The position numbers and the translations under genes are program-made. From Actinomycetota bacterium (lineage in GTDB: Bacteria; Actinomycetota; Actinomycetes; Actinomycetales; Microbacteriaceae): 63,845 nucleotides of DNA. Where the stretch lies: assembly GCA_039805505.1 (NCBI GenBank), contig JBDLUE010000001.1, forward strand, positions 1 to 63,845. The letters are read 5' to 3'. Below are positions 1-7,636 of this stretch, in pieces. The notes under the pieces were generated by a model. It saw nothing but the letters and a program-made list of their open reading frames with translations. It was not told where the DNA came from and searched no databases. Numbering within the stretch: the stretch's first letter is position 1; each line of letters starts with the position of its first letter.

Positions 1-726
1 CAAAAGTCTGGAATTGGCGAGGCCAAGGGCTACGGCACGTTCCCGGTCGGAGGTCAGTGGCTTCGCACAGACAACCAAGAGCTAGTTGCAAAGCATCAGG
101 CAAAGGTGTACAGCCAGGCTAGCGTCGGCGCTCCCCCAATGTCCGTTCCACATCTAGACACCCGTGTGGTTGACGGCAAGGCGAGCCTCCTGTTTGGCCC
201 TTATGCGACAGCTAATCCAAAGTTCTTGAAGAACGGGTCGCTCTTTGATTTGCCGGTTACGTTACGCCCAGCGAACTTGGTTCCGTACCTGGCCGTTGCC
301 TTAGGCAACTTCCCACTCATCAAATACTTGGTTGGTGAACTGGCAAAGTCAAAGGACAAGAAGTTCGAGTCTCTTCTTGAGTTCATGCCAGAGGCCAAGC
401 CAGAGGACTGGCGTCTTCTAAATGCGGGTCAGCGCGCGCAGGTGATCAAAAAGGACCGCAAGAAGGGCGGAATCCTTCAGTTTGGCACCGAAGTAGTAAC
501 CTCGGCCGACGGTTCGATTTCGGGCCTACTGGGAGCCTCCCCTGGCGCCTCGACTGCTGTCTACGTAATGCTTCAGGTGTTGGAGCGCAGCTTTTCTAAC
601 GAATTCGATGGTTGGCAAGCCAAGCTGAAGCAAATCATTCCAAGCCACGGCTCAAAGTTGTCCGCCGACCCGGCAGCGGCAGCTGCCTCGCTTGCAGCAA
701 CAGCGAAGACGCTCAAGATCAAATAA
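1..726 (+). CDS. mqo: Malate:quinone oxidoreductase, 3' part (5' end lies outside the window)
   Basis: Frame is open from base 1 ([21 protein letters not shown]...). Mqo motifs [46 protein letters not shown] and [12 protein letters not shown] are present. Confidence 0.93.
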   Translation, partial: QKSGIGEAKGYGTFPVGGQWLRTDNQELVAKHQAKVYSQASVGAPPMSVPHLDTRVVDGKASLLFGPYATANPKFLKNGSLFDLPVTLRPANLVPYLAVALGNFPLIKYLVGELAKSKDKKFESLLEFMPEAKPEDWRLLNAGQRAQVIKKDRKKGGILQFGTEVVTSADGSISGLLGASPGASTAVYVMLQVLERSFSNEFDGWQAKLKQIIPSHGSKLSADPAAAAASLAATAKTLKIK

Positions 727-737
727 AGAATCAAAAA

Positions 738-767
738 AGAAAGCCCCGACATTGTCGGGGCTTTTCT
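738..767. terminator. Bidirectional intrinsic terminator between mqo and the tRNA cluster
   Basis: AAAGCCCCGAC-ATT-GTCGGGGCTTT hairpin with an A-tract before and a T-tract after, lying between convergent genes. Confidence 0.85.
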
Positions 768-769
768 AT

Positions 770-844
770 TGGTGGTCGATACTGGGATCGAACCAGTGAC
801 CCCTTCCATGTCAAGGAAGTGCGCTACCGCTGCGCCAATCGACC
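770..844 (-). tRNA. tRNA-Val(GAC), CCA encoded
   Basis: Reverse complement GGTCGATTGGCGCAGCGGTAGCGCACTTCCTT-GAC-ATGGAAGGGGTCACTGGTTCGATCCCAGTATCGACCACCA folds as a cloverleaf. Confidence 0.96.
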
Positions 845-866
845 ATCTATTTGATTATGTAAATCG

Positions 867-941
867 AGGTGGAGACGGGATTTGAACCCGTGGGTTTACA
901 GCTTTGCAGGCTGTTGCTTTGGGCCGCTCAGCCACTCCACC
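867..941 (-). tRNA. tRNA-Cys(GCA)
   Basis: Reverse complement has acceptor stem GGTGGAG/CTCCACC, anticodon arm ACAGC-CT-GCA-AA-GCTGT, T-arm ACGGG-TTCAAAT-CCCGT and discriminator U. Confidence 0.95.
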
Positions 942-971
942 ATGCTTTGCGAGACTTACGCCCGTACTGCG

Positions 972-1043
972 AGCGGATGACGAGATTCGAACTCGCGACC
1001 CCAACCTTGGCAAGGTTGTGCTCTACCACTGAGCCACATCCGC
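972..1043 (-). tRNA. tRNA-Gly(GCC)
   Basis: Reverse complement GCGGATGTGGCTCAGTGGTAGAGCACAACCTT-GCC-AAGGTTGGGGTCGCGAGTTCGAATCTCGTCATCCGCT. Confidence 0.96.
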
Positions 1044-1068
1044 GTTGCTCTCTTTCGAGAACTTGAAT

Positions 1069-1097
1069 ACTCTAACCGAAAATCTCGGTTCAAGCAA
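1069..1097 (-). promoter_or_regulatory. Putative sigma-A promoter of the Gly-Cys-Val tRNA cluster
   Basis: Minus strand TTGCTT-N17-TAGAGT, about 25 nt upstream of tRNA-Gly. Confidence 0.55.
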
Positions 1098-1124
1098 ACT
1101 CAACTCGCCGCGTGTCTGGACCTA

Positions 1125-2399
1125 CTAGCCCTTCCAGGTCCAGCGCGGATCCGTGCCGGCGTAACCGACTTCACCGTGCTGAACTAGGTCGACCCCGGCG
1201 ATCTCATCCGTGCTGGTAACTCGGAATCCGATGGTCTTTTGGATTAGCCAGCCCAGCGCATACGAGATTGCAAATGCGTACACCATAACCACGACGACGC
1301 CTAGAGCTTGCTTGCCCAGTTGATCGGCGCCGAATCCGAGGAACAGCCCAACGTTTTGTCCAAAAAGCCCGATAAACAGCGTGCCGACAATTCCGCCGAC
1401 TAGGTGAATTCCGACTACGTCTAGTGAGTCATCGAAGCCCAGGATGAACTTCAACTCGATTGCCAGCGCACAGACTACGCCCACGATCAAGCCGAGCAAC
1501 AGGGCCCAAATCGGGTCTAGGTAGGCACAGGAGGGTGTGATTGCCACTAGGCCTGAAATGGCACCCGAGCCCACGCCCACCGAGGTTGGCTTGCCGTGCG
1601 CGATTTGCTCGTAAACGGCCCACGAGACCATTGCAGCCGCCGGCGCAACCAGAGTGTTTATGAAGGCTAGGCTGGCGATTCCGTCGGCAGCCAGCTCAGA
1701 GCCGGCGTTGAATCCGAACCAGCCAAACCAAAGAATCGCGACGCCAATTAGCACTAGAGGTACGTTGTGTGGTGCGTGCATGCCTTTGGTGAACCCGAAG
1801 CGTTTTCCCAGCACGAGGGCCAAGGCGAGCGCCGATGCACCAGATGCAACCTCGACAACTGTTCCACCTGCGAAGTCCATCACGCCCATGTTGTAGACCA
1901 GCCAGCCGCCGTCGGTGATCTTGCCGTCAGTCACGGTGAAGTTGAAGATCCAACCAGCTACTGGGAAGTAAACCAAAGTTGCCCACAGGCCGGCAAACAC
2001 CATCCAGGAGCCAAATCGGGCTCGGTCGGCGATTGCTCCAGAAATAAGGGCCACGGTAATCACGGCGAAAGTTCCCTGGAACCCGGCAAAGGCGAGGCCT
2101 AGACCGTCACCATCTTGCGCTTGAGCGTAAACGTCTTCTAAGCCAACTTTTGCAAGGTCGATGCCGAACACCCCATCGATGCCGACGAACTGACCGGCAC
2201 CCGCGCCGCCGAAGGACATGGCGTATCCGTAAATGACCCACATGACTCCGATGAGCCCGAGGGAGCCGATGCTCATCATCATCATCGAGACCACACTTGA
2301 GGCTCTAACGAGGCCGCCATAGAAGAAGGCAAGCCCAGGGGTCATCAACAGAACCATCGCTGAGCAGATGATTAGGAACATGGTTTGGTCGTTTGTCAT
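1125..2399 (-). CDS. amtB: Ammonium transporter (Amt family), paralogue 2, Glu-His pore variant
   Basis: Motifs LMTPGLAFFYGG, FAVITVALISGAIADR, DFAGGTVVE, LWFGWFGFNAGS and DDSLDVVGIH. Start moved from the ORF-track 2417 to ATG 2399, which follows the SD-like GAAAGAGAG. Confidence 0.93.
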   Translation of the reverse strand: MTNDQTMFLIICSAMVLLMTPGLAFFYGGLVRASSVVSMMMMSIGSLGLIGVMWVIYGYAMSFGGAGAGQFVGIDGVFGIDLAKVGLEDVYAQAQDGDGLGLAFAGFQGTFAVITVALISGAIADRARFGSWMVFAGLWATLVYFPVAGWIFNFTVTDGKITDGGWLVYNMGVMDFAGGTVVEVASGASALALALVLGKRFGFTKGMHAPHNVPLVLIGVAILWFGWFGFNAGSELAADGIASLAFINTLVAPAAAMVSWAVYEQIAHGKPTSVGVGSGAISGLVAITPSCAYLDPIWALLLGLIVGVVCALAIELKFILGFDDSLDVVGIHLVGGIVGTLFIGLFGQNVGLFLGFGADQLGKQALGVVVVMVYAFAISYALGWLIQKTIGFRVTSTDEIAGVDLVQHGEVGYAGTDPRWTWKG

Positions 2400-2415
2400 G
2401 ATCTCTCTTTCAGAC

Positions 2416-2459
2416 AAGCCGAAAGGTGGAGCTCCCGAAGGAGCTCCACCCGAAGGCTT
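2416..2459 (-). terminator. Strong inter-amt stem-loop (partial terminator or mRNA stabiliser)
   Basis: Minus strand AAGCC-TTCG-GGTGGAGCTCC-TTCG-GGAGCTCCACC-TTTC-GGCTT: 11-bp perfect stem with a C(UUCG)G tetraloop and only a weak U-tract. Confidence 0.6.
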
Positions 2460-2468
2460 GCTTAGATA

Positions 2469-3737
2469 CTAGCCGCGGTCTGAGCCGAATGCGTAAGCCT
2501 CTTCACCGTGAACCACGGTGTCGATTCCTGCAATTTCGTCCTCGGCCTTTACTCGGAATCCGATGGTCTTCTCAACGACGAAGCCGATGATCAGTGCGAG
2601 TACGAATGAGTAGACCAATACAGCACCAGCACCAAGTGCCTGCATTGCGAACTGGTGCCAGCCGAAGCCGAACGCTGCTCCAACGTTGTTGCCGAAGATA
2701 CCGATGAATAGGGTTCCAACGATTCCGCCGACTAGGTGAATACCGACAACGTCTAGTGAGTCATCAAAGCCAAGTGCAAACTTGAGGTCTACGGCTAGAG
2801 CACAGAGTGCGCCTGCAATAACACCTAGAACTATTGCCCAGATTGGGTCGACCGATGCACAAGCAGGAGTGATGGCTACTAGACCCGCAACTGCGCCAGA
2901 GCCGGCACCGATTGAGGTTGCCTTGCCGTGCTTGATCTTCTCAACGATGATCCAGCCCAACATTGCGGCAGCTGGCGCAGCAAGAGTGTTGATGAAGGCG
3001 ATTGATGCGATGCCGTCAGCAGCTAGTTCTGAACCAGCGTTGAAACCGAACCAACCGAACCAAAGAAGCGAGACACCAAGAAGTGTTAGTGGCACGTTGT
3101 GCGGCTGGGTGATGCCCTTGCTGAATCCGAAGCGCTTGCCTAGAACGATGGCTAGGGCCAGGCCAGCTGCTCCAGCATTGATGTGGACAGCGGTGCCGCC
3201 GGCAAAGTCGATAACGCCTAGACCGTAAACAATCCATCCACCATCAACAACCTTGCCGTCTTCGAGCGTGAAGTTGAAGACCCAGTTAGCAACCGGGAAG
3301 TAAACAATGGTTGCCCAGAGACCAGCGAAGACCATCCATGCACCGAACTTCGCACGGTCTGCAATAGCGCCCGAGATGAGTGCAACGGTGATGATGGCGA
3401 AGGTTGCCTGGAAGGCGACGAAGGCCATGGATGGGAAAGCTCCTGCAGGGTCTGCAGCGTCAGCTACCTGCGCTGAAAGACCAATGAAGGAGGTGTCGAT
3501 GCCGAACCAGCCGTCGATACCTACGAATGTGTCGGTGCCACCGTTCGCGAACGAGATCGCGTATCCGTAAAGCACCCAAAGTACTGCAATTAGCCCGAGC
3601 GAGCCGAAGCTCAGCATCATCATCGAAACGACGCTCTTAGCCTTAACCATTCCACCGTAGAAGAATGCAAGACCTGGGGTCATGAGTAGCACCAATGCGG
3701 CGCAAATTAGCACGAATGCCGTGTTTCCTTGATCCAT
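2469..3737 (-). CDS. amtB: Ammonium transporter (Amt family), paralogue 1, canonical twin-His
   Basis: Motifs LMTPGLAFFYGG, FQATFAIIT, DFAGGTAVHINAG, LWFGWFGFNAGS and DDSLDVVGIH. Start set at ATG 3737 (MDQGN) after SD AGAGAGG; the ORF track gives 3779. Confidence 0.95.
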   Translation of the reverse strand: MDQGNTAFVLICAALVLLMTPGLAFFYGGMVKAKSVVSMMMLSFGSLGLIAVLWVLYGYAISFANGGTDTFVGIDGWFGIDTSFIGLSAQVADAADPAGAFPSMAFVAFQATFAIITVALISGAIADRAKFGAWMVFAGLWATIVYFPVANWVFNFTLEDGKVVDGGWIVYGLGVIDFAGGTAVHINAGAAGLALAIVLGKRFGFSKGITQPHNVPLTLLGVSLLWFGWFGFNAGSELAADGIASIAFINTLAAPAAAMLGWIIVEKIKHGKATSIGAGSGAVAGLVAITPACASVDPIWAIVLGVIAGALCALAVDLKFALGFDDSLDVVGIHLVGGIVGTLFIGIFGNNVGAAFGFGWHQFAMQALGAGAVLVYSFVLALIIGFVVEKTIGFRVKAEDEIAGIDTVVHGEEAYAFGSDRG

Positions 3738-3811
3738 TTGCTGACCTCTCTCTAAGAAAACAAATAGGAGCCAAGTCACTCTTGGCTACATAGAGAGTTT
3801 TGCGGACGAAA

Positions 3812-3849
3812 GTTTCGGTAGGTTACGAGAAATGTTTCGTGTTTGTAAA
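3812..3849 (-). promoter_or_regulatory. Putative tandem GlnR boxes upstream of the amt pair
   Basis: Minus strand TTTAC-N6-GAAAC-N7-GTAAC-N5-GAAAC, with the two GAAAC sites 22 bp apart. Matches the actinobacterial GlnR consensus gTnAc-n6-GaAAc. Confidence 0.7.
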
Positions 3850-3852
3850 AGG

Positions 3853-4869
3853 TCAGGATGCGTCAGTCAGTGCGCCGATGCGTGAAACGGCGCGAAGGTA
3901 CTTCTTTCGATATCCCCCACTGAGGTACTCGGGCGAGAAAACTTCGGTCAGTGCGAAGTCAACTGCCCGCAGGTGAATTTGTGCCTCGTAGGCGCGGTCG
4001 ATGAAGGCAACGAACCTGAGTGCCTCAACCTGGTCATTCAAAACGTGCACCCCGGTGAGCGCCATCTGGTCAACAGATCTGAGAAGTCTGCCGTAGCGCG
4101 AAGGGTGGATGGTGGACAAGTGCTTCAATAAGCTGTCGAAGTCGTCTACCAGAACACCCGCTTTCTCAGCATTTCCCGCAGCGAGCCAGGCCTCAACTTC
4201 GTCGAAGGTGTCGATTCGGCCTGCGATGTTTACAGGTCGGTGTCGGTGATCTTCGCCATCGATTCGGATGATTTTGAATCTGTCGGCGATTCCATGAATC
4301 TCCCGGGTGAAATCAGTTGCTGCAAACCTTCCTTCGCCCAGGGCGTTGGGTGGCGTGTTGCTCGTTGCGGCGAAACGGACTCCGTGTTTTTCAAGCTCAT
4401 TCAGCAAGCGAGACATCATCATCGTGTCGCCTGGGTCATCAAGTTCAAATTCATCGATACACACCAAGTCGTATTTGGACAATGCCTTCACTGCCTCGGC
4501 AAAGGTAAGTGCGCCGATCAAACCGGTGTAAGCGATGAAGCTGCCAAAAACCTTCCTACCCTTGAATTCATGCCAAATGGCTGCCAAGAGGTGAGTCTTT
4601 CCGACACCGAAACCACCATCCAAGTAGATTCCAGCCGGAACAGGCTCCTTTTTGGAAAACAGCCCTTTTCCCAATGGCTTTCCGGTAGCAAACAACTTGG
4701 CTTGCGAGTGTGCGAATGTCTGTGATTCGTACTCCGCGTGTGGGATGTAGTTCCTAAAACTCGCCGTCGCGAACTCGCGTGGAGGGACTAACTCCTGAAG
4801 CAGCTCGGTTGTACTCACTGAAGGTGTGCGAGAGGCCAACGATTCATAGTTTTTGCTGAAAGTTGCCAA
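3853..4869 (-). CDS. zapE: Cell division ATPase ZapE (AFG1 family)
   Basis: Walker A GIYLDGGFGVGKTHLL, Walker B LVCIDEFE, and motifs ATSNTPP, IDGEDHR and ALRFVAFIDRAYE. Confidence 0.9.
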   Translation of the reverse strand: MATFSKNYESLASRTPSVSTTELLQELVPPREFATASFRNYIPHAEYESQTFAHSQAKLFATGKPLGKGLFSKKEPVPAGIYLDGGFGVGKTHLLAAIWHEFKGRKVFGSFIAYTGLIGALTFAEAVKALSKYDLVCIDEFELDDPGDTMMMSRLLNELEKHGVRFAATSNTPPNALGEGRFAATDFTREIHGIADRFKIIRIDGEDHRHRPVNIAGRIDTFDEVEAWLAAGNAEKAGVLVDDFDSLLKHLSTIHPSRYGRLLRSVDQMALTGVHVLNDQVEALRFVAFIDRAYEAQIHLRAVDFALTEVFSPEYLSGGYRKKYLRAVSRIGALTDAS

Positions 4870-4955
4870 TTATTGCCTCATCATTAGTGTGTTCCATCGA
4901 ACTCGCTTAACCTTGTAAGTAGAAGTCTAATAATCGAACAGAAAGTCCCTGATTT

Positions 4956-5855
4956 ATGTCTGTTTCACTCGATCCATCACCCAAGTTTGCTGAATACGCT
5001 CACCCAGAAGTATTGGTAAGCACCGAATGGTTGGCTCAGAACAAGGACCTGCCTAACTTGGTAGTAGTCGAGTCAGACGAAGATGTCCTCCTCTACGAAA
5101 CTGGTCACATCCCAGGGGCTGTGAAGATTGACTGGCACACCGACCTGAATGACCCAGTAACTCGTGACTACGTGCAAGGCGAGGCTTTCTCAGAGCTGAT
5201 GTCACGCGTGGGCATCAGCCGAGACAGCACTGTGGTTATCTATGGCGACAAGAGCAACTGGTGGGCGTCATACGCGCTTTGGGTGTTCAAGCTGTTTGGT
5301 CACGAGGACGTGCGCCTCCTCGATGGCGGCCGCGACTCTTGGATTGCCGAAGGGCGAGAACTAACTCGCGACGAGACCACCGTCATCCCAAGTGAATACC
5401 CGGTTGTTGTGCGTGACGACTCAAAAATCCGCGCCTTCCGTGACGACGTGATGAAGCACTTCGGTAACCCGCTAATCGACGTTCGTTCCGCAGTTGAATA
5501 CAGCGGCGAGCGAACTCACATGCCTGACTACCCGGATGAAGGTGCGCTTCGCGGCGGCCACATCCCATCGGCAAAGTCGGTTCCATGGGCGCGCGCTGCG
5601 GGCGAGAATGGTGTGTTTAAGTCACGCGCGGAACTTGATGCAATCTACCTTGATGAAATCGGCTTGAAGCCAAGCGATGACGTGATTGCCTACTGCCGCA
5701 TCGGTGAGCGTTCTAGCCACACCTGGTTCGTTTTGAACTATCTACTTGGCCTGCCTGGAGTTCGTAACTACGACGGTTCGTGGACCGAGTGGGGCAGTCT
5801 TGTTGGTGTTCCAATCGTCAAGGGTGCTGAGCCAGGTTTGGCTCCGGTTCGTTAG
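4956..5855 (+). CDS. sseA: Thiosulfate/mercaptopyruvate sulfurtransferase (tandem rhodanese, SseA/CysA type)
   Basis: LVSTEWL, GHIPGAV, active-site loop YCRIGERS and C-terminal NYDGSWTEW. Confidence 0.9.
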   Translation: MSVSLDPSPKFAEYAHPEVLVSTEWLAQNKDLPNLVVVESDEDVLLYETGHIPGAVKIDWHTDLNDPVTRDYVQGEAFSELMSRVGISRDSTVVIYGDKSNWWASYALWVFKLFGHEDVRLLDGGRDSWIAEGRELTRDETTVIPSEYPVVVRDDSKIRAFRDDVMKHFGNPLIDVRSAVEYSGERTHMPDYPDEGALRGGHIPSAKSVPWARAAGENGVFKSRAELDAIYLDEIGLKPSDDVIAYCRIGERSSHTWFVLNYLLGLPGVRNYDGSWTEWGSLVGVPIVKGAEPGLAPVR

Positions 5856-5857
5856 TC

Positions 5858-6289
5858 ATGTCAGGAACCGCCGAGTCGATTGCTTCGCTAGTCGAGGATT
5901 TCAACGCACTGGCAGTGCGTGACCGCCTATTGCTGTTGCTCGAGTTTTCAGACAACCTCCCCGATCTTCCTTCGCGCTATGCCGATCACCCAGACCTGCT
6001 CGAGCGAGTTGAGGAGTGTCAATCTCCGGTATATCTTTTCGTCGAGGTTGAGAACAAACAAAAGGTAAACCTGTTCTTTAGCGCGCCACCCGAGGCCCCA
6101 ACCACGCGAGGTTTCGCAGGAGTGCTTCACGAGGCGCTGGATGGTCACACCGTCGAAGAAGTGCTGTCAGTGGACGAGGACTTTCCAAACCGACTTGGAT
6201 TATCTGAGGCGGTATCACCCCTGCGACTTAGCGGCATGCGCGCAATCCTGCGGCGAATCAAAAGGCAAGTTCGAGAGAAGCTCATTTGA
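5858..6289 (+). CDS. sufE: SufE family sulfur acceptor protein
   Basis: RVEECQSPVYL (acceptor Cys), APPEAPTTRGFAG and SPLRLSGM; directly downstream of sseA. Confidence 0.88.
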   Translation: MSGTAESIASLVEDFNALAVRDRLLLLLEFSDNLPDLPSRYADHPDLLERVEECQSPVYLFVEVENKQKVNLFFSAPPEAPTTRGFAGVLHEALDGHTVEEVLSVDEDFPNRLGLSEAVSPLRLSGMRAILRRIKRQVREKLI

Positions 6290-7026
6290 GGTTGGTCCGA
6301 CTCTTTCCAAACTTTGAGGTCTTTGAAGGACTATCTAAAGATGAGCAGTCATGGATAATCGCCAAGGAGTATGGAATCTGTAACGGGTGGCGCGTGAACT
6401 TCGCCGTCGACGCCGCGGGAAGATCGTTTGGAGACACCGGAAAAAGCGAAGATATTTCAACTGACTTAGATCGTTTGCTTTTGGTCAAGTTACGCACGCT
6501 ATCAGATGTAATCGTTACAAGCGGTCTAACAGCTCGCATTGAGAAATACCGAAGCTCAAAGCACGCTCCCATCGCAATCTTCACCACCTCTGGCGACTTG
6601 GATGTCGTGCCCGCGATTCAGGGAACGCAATACTTCACTCCCCTTGTCTTAGCGCCACAATCTAGAGCAGACGAGGTTGAGAACCTGCTCTCAGACGTGG
6701 ATGTGCGAGTCATCCCTTTCGAGCACTCGCAAGGTGAAGGCGGCTGGCCAATGGCTGTCTCTGAAACTCTTCACCGAGAAGGCTTCCAGTCGCCAATCCT
6801 TGAATCTGGTCTCTCGACGCTTAGGGAGTTCCTGGAGAACAACGTGGTTGACGAAATCTGCCTCTCGATCACCAACGCCCAGGGAACTGGCCTTTCGGCA
6901 AGAGATTTAAGCCCGATACATCTCAACGCCTTATTCGGCGGGTTCCATGGCTTTGAGTTGCGACAACTCTTTAGTGACGGCAAGGCGACGTTCTCTCGCT
7001 GGCGGCGTGGCAGCAGCGCTTGGTAG
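6286..7026 (+). CDS. Divergent RibD C-terminal / dihydrofolate-reductase-like (pyrimidine reductase family) protein
   Basis: Pattern WRVNFAVDAAG..G.S...D...L..LR..SDVIV.SG.T.R.E.Y ... ILESG ... VDEICLSI resembles RibD_C. TTG start overlaps the sufE stop. Confidence 0.65.
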   Translation: MRLVRLFPNFEVFEGLSKDEQSWIIAKEYGICNGWRVNFAVDAAGRSFGDTGKSEDISTDLDRLLLVKLRTLSDVIVTSGLTARIEKYRSSKHAPIAIFTTSGDLDVVPAIQGTQYFTPLVLAPQSRADEVENLLSDVDVRVIPFEHSQGEGGWPMAVSETLHREGFQSPILESGLSTLREFLENNVVDEICLSITNAQGTGLSARDLSPIHLNALFGGFHGFELRQLFSDGKATFSRWRRGSSAW

Positions 7027-7051
7027 CCCAGCACCAATAGCCTTGTTAGCA

Positions 7052-7636
7052 ATGGACATCACAATCGCATCTGACGTTTCGGCCGAATTTCAGGCCGCCG
7101 TTGACGCTATTCGCAAGGCCGAGATTCGCGACGAAATTCATCTCAAGCAAATCGAAGAGCCAGAGAAGTTAGCGACTCACGCGATCGCGTTCTCGGCTCA
7201 CATTGTTGAGGAGCTGGCAACACCTGCGGATGCGGGAACCGGAAGGTTCGTCCTGCTCTGGGAACCCGAGATGCAAGAAGCTTGGGGTTCGCGCTTTCGA
7301 GTAGTCTGCTTCGCAAAGTCACCTCTAGAAACCAACATCGGTGCGGATGAGTTGGGGTCGGACATCGCTTGGGCTTGGCTCACCGATGCTCTAAGTAATC
7401 GTCAAGCCGAGTATGCAAACGCAGCAGGCACCGCTACGCGCATCATCTCAAGCGGGTATGGCTCGTTGGCGACTCAGGCAGACCATGCAGAGCTCGAAGT
7501 GCGTGCATCTTGGTCTCCAAAAACCTATGAAATCGGCCAACACATCGAGGCTTGGCAAGACCTCGTCTGCATCATGTCTGGCTTCGCGCATTTGCCGCAG
7601 GGCGTGTCCTCTATTTCGCCTCGAAACAGCCGATGA
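7052..7636 (+). CDS. DUF3000 family protein
   Basis: GTGRFVLLWEP..QEAWGSRFRVVCFAKSPLE, AWAWLTDAL and ELEVRASWSP; usual position upstream of RNase D. Start set at ATG 7052. Confidence 0.85.
   Translation: MDITIASDVSAEFQAAVDAIRKAEIRDEIHLKQIEEPEKLATHAIAFSAHIVEELATPADAGTGRFVLLWEPEMQEAWGSRFRVVCFAKSPLETNIGADELGSDIAWAWLTDALSNRQAEYANAAGTATRIISSGYGSLATQADHAELEVRASWSPKTYEIGQHIEAWQDLVCIMSGFAHLPQGVSSISPRNSR

Noticed and set aside
770-1043. tRNA cluster (and tRNA-Val at 52567) as possible integration sites
   Set aside because: No integrase, no duplicated tRNA 3' end and no foreign-looking block next to either locus.
867-1043. tRNA-Cys, tRNA-Gly (and tRNA-Val TAC) lack an encoded CCA
   Set aside because: Common in Actinobacteria, where CCA is added after transcription; not evidence of pseudogenes.
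573-1066. ORF-track entries 573..809, 612..854 and 869..1066
   Set aside because: They overlie the mqo 3' end, the terminator and three tRNA genes, so they are spurious translations.
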